Of a stretch of DNA of 64,000 bases, positions 1 to 13,643 are shown one piece after another (the stretch's first letter is position 1; each line of letters starts with the position of its first letter). The DNA is taken from NCBI GenBank assembly GCA_964187785.1, contig OZ076409.1:52020001-52084000 (forward strand), given 5' to 3'. The notes beneath the pieces are model-generated. The model worked only from the letters and a program-made list of their open reading frames with translations, did no database searches and had not been told where the DNA came from. Source of the DNA: Amphiscolops sp. MND2022. Taxonomy: Eukaryota. The position numbers and the translations under genes are program-made.

Positions 1-399
1 CAAGTTTGTGTGAGTTTCACAACATAGTCGATTTTTCTAACAACATTGTCAAGCTATCGTAAGTCACGTAGAGTCAATCTTAGCACAATCAGTGGTGATT
101 TTGCCACGATTCAGCTCTTTTAGTATACTCTGTGAAATTTACAGGTCGCTACTTGCTCTAGAAGTGATTTTCACTATTCCCAGACGTGCATATTGTCACG
201 TTGTTGATTTTGTTGAAAAATTGTTGATTTTGTGAAATTTTACAATAAAGCACATAGTTTCCGCAACCGTAATCGCAAGGGAGGCCTCAAACGACCCCAT
301 TATTATACCATTAGCCCATGGCACGTCCTGCCGAAGGACTTTTCTTAGAGGTTAGTAAACCCTAAGACCTCGGGTCTCGGAGAAAACGGTCTACGAGTG

Positions 400-2004
400 A
401 CATAGAGGTGAAAAACCAAAAATCGAAATTCACCTCCTAACTGCTTTCAAAGTCACCTTAGTGCAAGTTATCCATTGTGAACACGCATGCTTGGTTCTCT
501 ATGTACCCTGCGAGTGCTGAACTTCCTTAATAGGCAATTTTAGTGGTGTAGACTTTGAACGCAGTGCGTCTCCAGACAGAACAACAAATACATTAGTGAC
601 TAACATTGTTGAACAAGAACGTTTTGTCTGATCGTACTACAATCGAAAGGCAAGAAATCACTTCAAAATCAGTGTCCATCTTTCTAATCGCCCTATAGGT
701 CTCTCCCCAGTCCCTGATCACACTAACGTTTTTACTTGTGCTCTCCATAAACAGGGCAGCTTGAGTGACAGAAAGACTTTTCTGACATTCTAACGTCCGT
801 AGCCTAGCAGGCTTCTCAAAAATCAGCGTTCGTTGCTCAATTCATGCCAAAGGTGTACCGCGGTTCTCGTTACCACAGTTGGGTGAATCATGTCGATGTT
901 AAAACACCGGACAAGAGATTGGCCCGGGGAGTACCTGTACCCTCCCGAGAGAAAGCAACACCGAGCATGATAAAACACCCAGAGCCTCGAAGCTCTGAAG
1001 ACTGCTTTGCCAACGGTCGTGTTTTTAAATTTCAAATGAATGCTCTGGAACTTGTTTCCAATGCCAAAAAATGTTTTAATGATCTATCATGACTGATTTT
1101 ACACTTCCATGGGTCCTTGTTTACCATAGCCATCGACATAATCATCCTCTAGAGAAACAGTTTACTATCATCTCTTACATACACACTGGTGCTTATAATA
1201 CCTAGACGATACTTTTGTCTGAGCGTACACTGCTAAAACAATAGACTGAAAGGGTCCTCACGTTTGGTGTTATTTATGATTCTTTGAGGACTGTTTCACC
1301 ATTGGTGCTATTTATTGTGCAGTTTCTGGTGGCCATGAACTACAACACTTTAGCAAGACCACAGCTGTTACTTTTACTTTTCGCTTCTCAAGAGCTATCG
1401 TGCATTTTGTAAAACCGACCTTATCAGGTGGGCCCCAGACCAGTGCCAAATCTGTTGTGATGAGAGCTTTTTATACAGATGCAGTAACATAAAGTGCTAG
1501 AAATTTTGGTGCGAAATTAAGAGTTTGAAAACTTTTTGAGTATAATGCCGTGCATTTAAAGTTGCTAATGCTATTCCAGTGCAAGACCTAATATTGCTGT
1601 AGAATCTGAGGGAGCCTGCTAGGCTAGCGCCAAAAACTCATCTTTTCGGACAATGACTTCTATCTGGGCAACAACTTCCATTTAGATTCCTGAAGTACTA
1701 TGTTGCAACATCATCACTGGACGACGGCAACCAAGACGTGAACATCCTCTCTTGTTTGTTGAGGATAACAAACTACGGTCTGGGGATGATGTAACGTCCA
1801 GCAGTCGGCGAACGAATATTACAAAATTTCGATGAAAAATTCGAAATGTGCAATTCAAAATGGCCGATCTGGCAGGTACCGAAAAACGTATAAGAAACAA
1901 AAAACGCACAAAAAACACCACCACCCAGCCTGAGAGAATCTTAGGATACGTTTTTACAGGCTTGTGGGACGTGTCCGGACTTTGAGTGCGCCGGCACGTC
2001 GCCA
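400..2004 (-). mobile_element. Highly decayed Gypsy-like LTR retrotransposon remnant (PBS plus gag/protease debris)
   Basis: Minus-strand TGGCGACG at 2004-1997 resembles a tRNA-Ser-type PBS. It is followed by stop-riddled, coding-like sequence with a Cys/His-rich patch near 1200-1360. No intact motif; boundaries approximate. Confidence 0.3.
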
Positions 2005-4899
2005 CGGAGCTCTAACCGAGGAGCCTCCTTTGACGTTTGAAAAATTCCCATTTAGGAGACCATTTCGGGATTAAGAACTAATGTCTAGGGCTGTAGTAAG
2101 ACAACGGTCTCCTGTAGAAGCACCCTAGGCATTATCCCACTTCTTTGATGTACTCTGCTAGGTGGACGTTACACTTGAAACATGGGACATTAGAGTGGAG
2201 CAAAATCAGTTTTTATCCAGTTTCAAAAACTTGGAAAACTAAAACTTGAAGGGTGCATTCAGCGCTACAAGAAGAGTATCCTCAAGATGGCAATTGCCAA
2301 GATTCTTACCAAGGGTTTCAGGAAATTGCAAGATTCTTGGCAAGAATGTCAAGATATTTTACACAGGGAATCTCAGTTTTATCAACACGAATTTACACCA
2401 AGACAACGCAATTTTGTATGAATTGGTCGAACACGACGTTTCCATAACTTCACAAAAAGGGAAAAAGGTTCTCGTTTGCTAATGCTATGTTTATCTGTCC
2501 CCCAAAATTTAAGCACAGAATATCCACCTACGCAGAAATAATTTATTTCCCATATTAAAATGTATTGCTCGCATGTTTGAACGATTAGAACCTTTAACAT
2601 TTCTGGGAACTTTTTCGATATGGAGGCTTTGTACATAAAAGCAAATATCCAAAAAAAATTCAAGCGAATTGCTTTAGCCACAATCAAAGTTTAGTCAACA
2701 AGTTGTATTGACAAGCTTGGGGGAAAGAAAAAAGTTCCATAATTATTTCGGTAATTTTCTACAGTCGAGTACGTGTTTTGTGAAGGTTTTAAAACATTTC
2801 CGTTCTGATCAGACCACTTCCGTTCTGAAAATTATAATTTCAGACTTTTCAACTTTTGGAATGACATTTTCAAGACTTACGTTGTAACTTCTTGCAAGCG
2901 TATTGTGACTCATCCATAAAAAGGGAAATCTGAACGAATCTGAGTCACACTCGAAGTCACACTGAACAACAAAAGTAAGGTACCACCTGACAAAAGTTTT
3001 TTGGAAAAATGCCCTCCTCTTCGCCTCTGGCACACCCTAATTCGCAGTGGCATTAAACGAATGAGTGCTTTAATGGTACTTTGGGGGTAGGTTGACCATA
3101 GGCATTGTAGTGCTTTTTTTGAGTTCGGACACGTTTCGAGGCTGAGGTTCGATTTTTGCAATTTCTTTCTCATGGATCATGGAATGTCATAAATGTTCTT
3201 TTGGGTTCATATCTGGGGAATAACTGAGCCATGGTTAGGCTGAAATTTGATGTGTAGCTGGTTTTCAAAATTCATTTTTCAATTTCAAATTGAGTTTTTC
3301 GACTCTCGATCCAGTTGCCGTTGGAAGTCTAAACATATTTTAGATTTCTGGAAATGTGTAAAAATTGAAGTGGAACCTTACTTTTGCTGTTCAGTATACA
3401 AAACTTGTACTTGAATTTATCCAAATTCTCCCATTGTAATTTTGATATTATCATCTCCAATTGACCTAGAGTTCCATTTCTTCGTATGGGGGGTGCAGGT
3501 GCTGATGCCGCCAAAAAGGGTGGCAACCCTTGCAAAGTCAACTGGTATTTGGTGGGTGCGGGACTTTGCATTGTCGTTACTTTTGTCATCATCATGATTC
3601 TCATTTAAATTTACTGCATCTTGAATCAGTTAGTATTTATCCAGATTCATACAATGAGGCACATTTAACTTGTGTTCTAAACACCCAGATGTTTAGTGAA
3701 CGAATAGGAGTCAAATTCATACTGTCAATTCACCATCCCGATAGTATGATTGATCTCCAGACGGTCGTATGATAAAGCGCCACTCGGCTCTTTTCTGCCA
3801 TCCCACCATCAAAATTTTTCAATGGAAAATTTCAAAACTTGTTTCAGACTGGCATGATTAGAAGAGAAATCTTCTTCCAAACCAAGAAGTTAACTTGTAT
3901 TGGAATAAATTTGGCTCTTTTCTGTCCTTCCCCGCCCACCATCAAAGCTTTTTGAAAGTATATTTCCTTAGAAACCACATAGTCAGATTTTTTAGTGCTA
4001 TAATGAGTCAGGGCGATGTGAATAATTTTAGACAAAACATTGTTCCCTTGAAAAGTCAACATTCACTTCATTCATTTTTCAAACTTTCCATTCATTCTAG
4101 AAGTCAGTTGAATTCTCGGGCGTATAATTGTGGGGCTTATAATTCATATCTGGGAAAAGTCGAATTTTTCGTACGGCAGGACAGGTAGCTTCACGTTGAA
4201 CAAGTGAGCCAATTTTTGTGGCAGATAAAGCAGAAAAATTGCTAAAAAGTTTGGATAAATTCTCATTTAGTAACATGCAACATTGCCAATTTACTTTCAA
4301 TTCCAATTAATCATCTCCTGTAATATTCCTTTTGGATTACACCTCGTGGTTTCTAAATACATTAGAGTATATCAATTATACGTCCGCGGCAAATAAAACC
4401 CACCTCGGGCGCAAACTAATATATACCAAAAAAGTTCAGTGTTGAAACTGTAGTTCTCGGTAACTAAAGTTCGTATAGAAAAACAGTAAAAAAGGAACGG
4501 ATTAATTAAACTGTCAAAGTGGGTTCCCTCAATTCCGCAGTTTTCAAACCAAATCATGAAGAAAACAAATCATAGCAAGGCCTTTCTCAAGGTTATCTAG
4601 AACGTCCATTAACAAAAATTAGATGTTTTGGACATTTTTTAAGTATTTTTCACAAACGACTACTATTTGCTAACAAAGCTACATTTTCCGGACCCAAGAA
4701 GACGACGAATGTTTGATGATCAAAACAAAAATTGTTGTCTCATTTTTTTGACTTTTTGTCTCATCATTTTTCCAACTTTTTTCTCATGTTTTTCATAATT
4801 GGTATGGAACAAAGTAAATGATACATGTTTTGAAGATAAATGTGGTTTAACCATCAAATACAAATAATACGGGTTACAATAAAGAAGATAAATCGGGGG

Positions 4900-7800
4900 A
4901 AGGAAGGATTGGGGCTATTTTCATGACTGGACGGACGAAGTTTCCGGACGTGGTTTTATCTTAAACCGAACGGGCAACTGCATCGCTGCCAAAGTTGAGT
5001 TTGCAGCCAAGTGCAAGATAGTAGTAGCCTCTCGGGCTGCTGGGTTCTGCGATCCAAACGAGGTCTCCGGTTTTCAATTACCTGTCAGCCTGTGTGGACC
5101 ACTTTGTGAGAACTCGGAGTCGGCACGTATTCTTTCAGCCATTTGTTCCAGATAGTGTCGGAATAGGCTTGTGCGCGTGCATATCGCTTGCGGAGGTCGA
5201 AATCACAGTTCGAATGGGACGACATAGACGAACCGACTGTTCCAAGCAAGAAGTGGTTCTGCGTAATTGCATCCAAATCACTTGCATCTGTGCTTGTTGG
5301 AACCAGCGAACGAGCGTTGAGGCTCTGCTCCACCAGACAAAACACAGTTGTTAGAATTTTGTCAGGCAAGCCTGTTGCTGAGTATCGCATAGAAAGTATG
5401 CTTGAAACTTTTCACAGCCTTTCCCAGACACCGCCATGGTGAGGGGCACAAAGAGGATTAAACTTCCCATTGACACTTTTCTTTTCCAGAGACTCAGCAA
5501 ATGATTGTTGATTCCACTTGATAACATTCTCGAGGAGTTCTTTTTCTGACGCAACAAAATTGGTTCCATTGTATGACCAGATAACGAAAGGTGTGCCTCG
5601 AGGGAAAACAAATCTCTCGATTACCTTGACGCAACGGCTGGTGTCCATTGATGGCAGAATTTCGAAATGGACAGTGCTAGTTGTAACACATCTGAAGAGA
5701 AATCCCCACCGCTTCCTGTGGAGCGTTCAACAGAGATGTAGGAGGGGCCAAAGTAGTCCAAACCAGGGTTGGTGAAAGGTCGCGATGCCAGGCATTCTTT
5801 TGACAGATCGGCCATTAGCGTCTCAGCTTTGCGCTTGCGATAGGTACACATCTAGTTTGGCATATCCTTATGTTGTTCTCAGTTTGACAATGGTAAACCT
5901 TTGCTGTATCAAGACTCTAAAGTATTTTACGCCTTGATAGCTGTGTTTCTCATGTACATGTTCCAGGAATAATCGAACAACTGCGGGTCGTCGGCTCTCA
6001 AACAAGGTGGGATGTTTGACGTCAAAGGTAGCAACTTCTAGATGTTTTGTTCGACCTTGAGCACGGAGAAGGGCGTTTGAACCGATGACGGGAAAAATCT
6101 TTTATAATTGAAAACTTGCTCTATGGGCAGGACTCGAGAAGATTTGGGAATGATTCGGACAGTACCAAGAGAACTATTTTTGCTCAATAAATTCAAGCTC
6201 GAAAGGATCAAAAAGTGCTCCTGTTTCAGTTCTTATACCAGAGAATTTCAGAGAAATACGCAAAATGTAAACCATATGGCGCAAAAAATTCTCATTCGAG
6301 CTGTATTTTTGCCACTCGAGAGTTAGGACATTGGAAGCTACAGTTACAATCAATTTTCTGCAATTTAGTTCTCAAGACTTCTGGCGACAGCTGAAAAAGC
6401 GAATCAGAAGTCATCAAGAACTTGGGTGCCCGCGTCTGCCGGGTTGTCGACTGTTGGCACGTGGTTCCCTTCATCAGCAGTCGTCAGTTCAAGAACTTCG
6501 GCATTTCTGTTGGCGACAAATACGGTTTTTTTCGATGGAATAGAGCTATTGAAGAACAGTTGTACTATTGGTCCACATGAAGGTTTGCTCAAAAATAATT
6601 GTGAGTTCTTGTTGAGTTCATTTTTCAGTCGAGCTGCAAAGACCGCGTCTTAAAGTTCCAGTTTCGGGATTGTAAGCGCATTCATCGGCGCATTACGAGC
6701 TTTCTCAAAGACAAAGGCTACCTGGGTTTCAGTCCCTTCGTTGCTTCTCAATCACTCCTGGAGGAAAACAACAGCGCAAGAGACGTCTTGAGGGCTGTCT
6801 CCGATTACATGTAACTCAACACTTTCCATTATTGCGCAAATATACCATCTCGGAGTTGTTATTTCACTCAAATTGGGAAGATTGCGTCCCATTCGAGGAA
6901 CTTTTTGCTAACGTCAGGCAGATTTTTGTCCCATTGATGTCCCATCATGCACCAAATGCCTTCCAATGAAAGGTGAGTTTTTACAGTGTATGGCGCGACA
7001 ACACCAATGGTGCCAAACACTCCAGACAGTAAGCTAAGGATAGCTGTGTTACTTGTCGGTTCAAATCATGTAGTTCCTCTGCTGACAACCAAAGTGTCAC
7101 GACTGTGATTCCATTTCAGATCCAATTCGTGAGAAGTCTCTTCGTCTGCTGCTAAGACGTTCTTTTTCAATTCGTTGGGTTGGGAATTCGGGTCGACGCT
7201 GTTGACCATACTAGGAACATTGATCACGAACTTGGTTAGTTTGAAACCACCTTTGGTTAACATTTCAACAAGATCTTGAGCCTTCTTGGTTGCCTCGTCG
7301 ACGGTTGGGCTTGACTCAAGATGATCGTCCATGTAAAAATTGTTTTCGACACAGTTGGCAGCTTCAAGGAATTGGCTTCGGTAGTCACGATCAGTCTGCT
7401 GCAAAGCGTAGTTGGCAATCCTTCTAACCGAAAGTGTGATGCACGTGTTGATACACAGCAACTTCTGTTGCTGTGTCCTCCCGCGACAGAAAACGAAAGA
7501 CGGTCGGGCTTAAGGAATCACACTAACTTGAAATCACAATCCCTCGATTTAAGCGGATACGGCGTAGGGATGTTGTCGGGAACGCATGAGCACATGGATT
7601 AACTTTTGCAATAAGTTAGGACCAGTTAAAAAGTTGCTGTGTAGGAGAACACCATGAAATCCCGCTGCACCATTGTCTACACTCGTACGTTTTCTGGCTT
7701 GTGAGGTCACACTTGTAGATCGAAAAGTGACTGCAGGCAGAATCGCACAGTGCCAATACTTTGACAGAAGTAGTAGAAGTGTGAACTTCAACTTCAGTTA

Positions 7801-9790
7801 TTTTGAGCAGTCCTTTCACATCGCTCACGAAACAAACTCCGGATTTTTCTCCTGCTTTATGCACAGTTGGTTTAGGTCTACGCGATTAAATTGCTTTGTA
7901 AGTGGACGATTTCAGTGTTGTTCTTGGTTGAAAAACTCTCTGCGCAATGTAGCAGGGTGTTGTGAGGGCTGTTACATTCATCTTTGTTGCCTTTGCGTGG
8001 TTGCGGACATTGCCGGAAGGAACTCTTTCCTTTTAGACAGGAGAAACAAAGTTTGGTTTTGGCAACAATCTTTGTCTGTTGGTAGGCGTTGTATCAAGGA
8101 TCACGCGACAGCGCCACACCTTATGGTTGTGTTTGCACACGATACAATTTAATTGCATTCGGTTAGGCTTGATTGGAGTTCAATTTGAAGATGCGCTAGA
8201 ACTAGCAGCGGCAAAAACATTCGCACCATTTTTGTTCGAGTTAAAGATTGCGTAGTTTCTTGGGTTTTGTGTTTTTGACTTTTTTCTCTCGCGCGCTTCG
8301 GTTTTATCCTTCAACCATTTGTTAAAATCCCAGATGGTGGGTCGGCTCCAATCTTTCTAGACAGTGTGCACATACCAAGCTTCCTTCACATTCGGAGGAA
8401 GTTTCTGCACTGCTTGAAATCGTGTTCGTATTTCGAGGAACCAAATGCTTCTACCAACACCGATTTGTTGTAGAGAAAGCAATCACGTTGCCACTGTTGT
8501 GCATTTTCAACCGTGGGAAGCCACTCAGTTTCTCCAAGTGAGCTCTAACAACAGCGCATGGATAGCCACAATTACGCTCGAGAGTCGTAAGTGCTTCTTG
8601 AGGTATTTTGGGGCAATAAGCCAACTCAGCTATGGCCTTACCAGTTATACGCATTTTCAATTACATGAGTTTAACATCATTTGAGAGTTGTGCAGAGTTG
8701 ATAGCACTTCTATATTGACCCATCCACTCGAGCCACTGCAGTGGATCTGCGTTGTATTGCTCTAGTTTCCACTCGGAAAGATGGACTTTTTTGGAAGCCG
8801 TCATTAGTACTTAGTGGCGCAAGATCTTGGACAGTAACGGCATTTGGCGTAGTAGGGTGAACGGTTGACTGAGCTGTAATCGGAAACAACGGAAACGGAA
8901 AGATCACTGGGGGTTTTGTAGACTGTGACTTCAGTAAAGCCGTTGTTGGAGTTGTTGTCGCAAGAAGATTACAGTAGAAAGTTGTTCCTCTACTTTGAAA
9001 TGGAACAACTGGTGCAAAAATCCCGGTTCTGGTCACTATCCGTGCTGCAGATGTGCTCGTTAAAGTTACTGGTACTCTCACAGGTTGTAATACTGTAGCA
9101 TGTACTATGGGAAAGCTACTCGGATCAGGAAATGTCTCAGCTGACAAGTTTGGTATGACTTTGTTTGTCAGCATGTTAACTCGAGGCAGCATCGTTGTAG
9201 GGTTGACAGAACGCTGTGCTTGCGAGAGCACGGGTGAGTTCTGAGTTGAGGTTTTTAGACACAGGACCTTTAGAGGCTGAGGAAGCTGCTATTGATTGTG
9301 GTGCATTCTCTGTTTGAGAAGCTTCGGATGTGATTGAAACGATTGGTGGGTTGGAAACTAATGCTGCTGTGTTAGATACAGAAATCTATGGATAATTCTG
9401 ATCACTTTCGTTGTCATTGACTCTGTTGACACAGTGGGACTTTCTCTGTGACCTTTTTTGCTGAGTGTGTTTACTAATGCGAAACAAAGTTCCCTGAAAT
9501 TCATCTGTCACTTTAGGTAGATTTACCATTAGCTCCAGTTCAAGGAGCGCGGCTTCGGTAAGTTTCTGTCTGTTCTCTTCTGCAAGTTGTTTTATTTGCA
9601 GCGCTTGTTCTTCTTCCAAGCGTTCTTTTTCGCGTTCCGATTGTTTTTGAGCGAAACTTTGTTTCTGTTTGGCCAAACGAATAGCGTTCGCATTTTGCCG
9701 TCCTAGTTTTTCTCGACTGTGGGTTGCTAGAAGAATTTTTTGGCTTGGGTCAGTAATTTTGACTGTTTTTAGTCGGCGCATTTTAGTAGA
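4900..9790 (-). mobile_element. Degenerate BEL/Pao LTR retrotransposon, frameshifted gag-pol
   Basis: ORF fragments in BEL order: coiled-coil/gag (9781-8451), RT with FLTGPNLLQ and NNFYMDD (7791-7066), RNase H region (WSDSTTV-like, FVANR), then integrase GLDYFGP, SYNGTNF, PHHGGVWERL and LNARSL (5851-5085). Many stops and frameshifts; LTRs not resolved. Confidence 0.85.
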
Positions 9791-11299
9791 AAATGTGCCT
9801 GACTCTTACAGTGGGTAATTTTTTCAGACACGAAAGGTCCATTTTTTGTTCAGTTCGTTTGTTCAACAACTTGGGCGAGGTTCAAAACGCGGAGGTTCAA
9901 AACACTCAAAATCTCAGAACCTTGTGCAAAACAAAAAAAAGAAACAATCGGACGTCCTGGAAAACAAGAAAAGAGACATTTACAATTTTTTTGGCACTAT
10001 CAGACATTTTTTCGAAGTTTTTTTGTTACTGGATCCCCTTTTTCGTACTTTGGAACAAACTGGATATTCTAAAAGCCTAAAAGGTCCACCTTTTCACAAT
10101 TTTAAACACTTCGCGCTTTTTGAGTTTTAGATATAGCGCCGACTTTGGCCATTCCCGGCTTGTTTTGGGTTAAAAAGGGCGGTTAAGGTGGTCCGTACAC
10201 CGTACGGATAACTAAAGGGAGTAACGAGTTGCTGAGCTATGGGTCGTTCCTTTTGCGCATCAACAGAGCATTGAAGCTCGGGCAGAGCACAAAAAAGGGG
10301 CGATGAAGTTCCTTCTGAGCGTAACCCGAGCGGTGAAGCTCGGACACAGCAGAGACAGGGAAGGCGGAAGCGGGTTGTAGCGTCAACCGGTCAATTATGT
10401 CCGGACACGGCTACAACTTGAACAATGGGGTGGTTTACTCATTGGCAGCCGACAACGTGTTCTTGATCGCCTTGCGGGTGCGTTTGGAGGCGTGTTTGAG
10501 GCGACTACGGGCAGTAAATTGTGATAAATCATATTCATCTTTCAGAAGAAAACTCAGATGTTTCAGTTCTATATCAGGAATCTTATGTAGCGCCCTTAAA
10601 TTCTGCAAATACTCCAAATCTTTTTGTTTTCTCAGGGAAATGAAATCTTTTTCAATACAGCAAACAAAGATGTTGTTTCTTTCAATTGCGAAAAAATGTC
10701 AGGAATTCGGTTTCTCCGACAATACCCATGAGCCAAGATACGGTTTTGATAAGATTTCAACACTTCTACCAGATACAACACTTCTACCAGATAAATATCA
10801 ACGCTAAAAATTTGATTTTGTGTCTGCAAACAATGTTATTATTAGCGTCGTGCCAGATTTTTGTTTTGAAATCCTTTTTCATTAGATTTTGCACAATTAA
10901 CGAGGATTTTTGCATGAATGGTCAAACCATAGCCCATAAATGAATAAGTTTTTTCATTGAGGGTTTTTGATCTTCAAGTCTAACAGTTTCAAATGCGTGG
11001 TGCAAACAACTTGCAGCTGATATTAAAACCGTTCACTTTTTTTCTTTCGTTTAACTTTTACTTCCTTTTTACTGGATGTTTGACTTTTTTGCGCGAAAAT
11101 TGTTTTTTCCCCAAAATTTTTCCAATGTCGTTTTTTTATGTCTCACTACCCCAAGTAGTTTGTATAGGAAAACAGTGAGAAATGAACGGATTCATTCAAC
11201 TGTCAATGTGAGTTCACTGAAACCTCGGTTTTCAAACAAAATCGGACCAATTTTATTTCGGATAATTGAATAGCCTAGGGCCATGCGCCGTAAACAGCC

Positions 11300-12704
11300 T
11301 ACTCGTAGACAGAATGGCAGTAAAGGGCGCTTGGCAGGACAAGGCTTTATTATTACAAAACATTGATGCTACTGTTTCGAGTGCTGTATTAATAGTTATG
11401 GATTGAAGAGTATACCAAACGCAGAAACGAGAAAGAAACTTTTTGAAATAGCTTGGCCTGTTGGACTACCAGTCCAAATTACGATTAACCAATCAGAGGC
11501 GCTTATTTTATGAAACTGTGTTGACAATGCTGTGTTAACATTTAGATACATTTACGTGCTGAATTAGATCAAAAGCCGAGTACCGCCAAGTGCTTCGCGG
11601 AGACAAACATATCAAAGTTAGCTGGTTACGGCTTTCTTCTCACCAAACTAGAATAGGACTGTTGGATGCATGCTTATATGATATGAAATAATTATGCCAA
11701 ATTTTATTGTTGACCAAGGAAAATAAAATTGAAACATTCCATTATTTGGAGCTTCCACTTCAACTAGAGTTGAAGTATGCCCTCCTTTGGTGATTGCCCA
11801 AAATAAATTCGGACAAGTAGGGCATCATACCTTTTGTAGTAAATGATGTGCATTTAAATATATATATATATCTCGTTGAATTACATGTACGTTAGCTGAG
11901 ATGATGTCCATGTAGCCGAAGTCGGCCTCGTAAACAAAATACCAAAGGCCTTTGATAGTTGTTTTTAGAACGAAGCTGTCGTCACGGCGCTGTTTTCAGA
12001 TAATTGTGATCTATAAACAGATTGTTGACGTTCTCAATTAGTGATGTCATGTAGATTTGGGTATGTATACCAGGAACACGTATTCCCGGGATACATTTCG
12101 TGACACTAATATCAAAACAACCCTCAAAACTGTTGATTTAAATTACATAAATAATTAACTTTTCCTTCTGTTCATCTTTCGTATGAAAACCACTAGAAGA
12201 CGGAAAGTTAAAGCGAGAAGCTGTAGAGAAACGGACATTTTGTCCCATTGTGATAACGTGGACGTGATCCTAGGTGGTGACAAGATTAACTTTATTCAGA
12301 GAGAATTAGCAATTACCACCAACAGTTCAGTTAGTCATCACGACACTGAGGCCTTTTCTCACTCTACCTATAGGGAGAATGCATCACAGCAAATTGAGAC
12401 TAAAAACATTGGAGGTACGGGTGGGACCACTAGGCCGGATAGACTCTTGGAGTCTATGGAAACGTTATCAGGGGAATTAAGTCTCAAGTTATCTCAAGTG
12501 ATCGGTTCACTCATGAACATCCTTCAAGCGCAGATAAGTAGAGCGATCAATTCTGCGATCATCGATAGTGTGATCCCAGAGATACAAAAAATATCGGTTT
12601 GCTGTCTTCTGGACAGAGAGACACCTTGTCCGGAATGTCCACTAATAATCACGATATAGAAACTTTTTCTCACTCTACCTATAGGGAGAATTTTTCACAG
12701 CAAA
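11300..12704 (+). mobile_element. Old LTR relic of a Gypsy family related to the 21510-37201 element, retaining the LTR-encoded Gag N-terminus
   Basis: ORF 12183-12659 (MKTTRRRKVKAR..DNVDVILG..LSLKLSQ..QISRAINSAI..VIPEIQ) aligns by eye with ORF 21499-22053 (MPSTRRQKAKAR..DNLDVMIG..FNLRLSQ..QINRAISTAI..VLPEIQ). Left boundary approximate. Confidence 0.75.
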
Positions 12705-12926
12705 TATATCAACCACGTGATTTTATGGAAAGAAAGTCCATTGGTGATGCAATGATAAATCATGTTTACGAATTCGACGTTTATAGTATCAATAATGATA
12801 TAAGTCTCTCATTGAAATTGCGAGCGATTGCAATCAGTTTCAATTCTTTATTAACTATAGCATGTAAGCGATATATTTATAAGGAACTCTTTTTAAGCTT
12901 TTTTGCCTGATTTGACTATTTTTCAG

Positions 12927-13643
12927 CAATATTCTTCGCCAACCATGGGAGCGTTATCGCAAAATGTGAACGGTTTGAATTACTTACACAATGGCGAAAT
13001 TCCCTCAGAAATCAATTACTTTACCAACCCCGACGATGAATTTTTTATGCAAATGGCATTAACTTCGAATTCAAGAGCTCTCATCGGGAATCGAGGTCAA
13101 AAGTACTGCATGGAAGCATTCTCAAATCTGGAGTTATCCTATGATGATGTAACCACTCATGCTGAGGGGTCAATGGAAGTATCCTTGGGTGATTGCATAA
13201 TACACTTTGTTGAAGTCGTGTTCAACTTTTTCCCTTATTCACTGATGAATTTTCAATTTCTTGAAGAAATTTTCCAAACATTTGTTATGCCCGAGGTTGA
13301 AACCTTGCTGAATAGTTTGCAGGGAAAGTTTTTCTGCAGAAGAGGTGCCACGCGCTTGTTGGAAGTTATTACAGACTTACTCTGGCCCAATTCGAAATTG
13401 ATTGTCGTGGAATCCGAAGAAAGACAGCTGGAAGAAAAAATAGTGACAGAAAAACAAGCAATCTCATCGCTAGCTCGTTTCATAGAGAATAAATCGAAAT
13501 TCATCAACAGCCAACAAGCTTTCAAAATGAGTGCCGAAATTATATCGTCTTTCAGGGATCAAGAAATTAATAAACACTTGATATTTTGTTTCGTTGACAG
13601 TGTATTACTGAAACTGTATCAGTCCAGAGGCAAAGCGAAGTGA
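12927..13643 (+). CDS. Terminal exon of a PXA/PX sorting nexin (SNX13/14/19/25 type, Nexin_C domain)
   Basis: Long ORF preceded by the acceptor tttttcag (12926). Motifs DLLWPN and FRDQEINKHLIFCFVDSVLLKLY match the Nexin_C pattern. Upstream exons not identified. Confidence 0.65.
   Translation, partial: QYSSPTMGALSQNVNGLNYLHNGEIPSEINYFTNPDDEFFMQMALTSNSRALIGNRGQKYCMEAFSNLELSYDDVTTHAEGSMEVSLGDCIIHFVEVVFNFFPYSLMNFQFLEEIFQTFVMPEVETLLNSLQGKFFCRRGATRLLEVITDLLWPNSKLIVVESEERQLEEKIVTEKQAISSLARFIENKSKFINSQQAFKMSAEIISSFRDQEINKHLIFCFVDSVLLKLYQSRGKAK

Noticed and set aside
3329..3772. Short ORFs as host exons
   Set aside because: No recognisable domain or consistent splice pattern.
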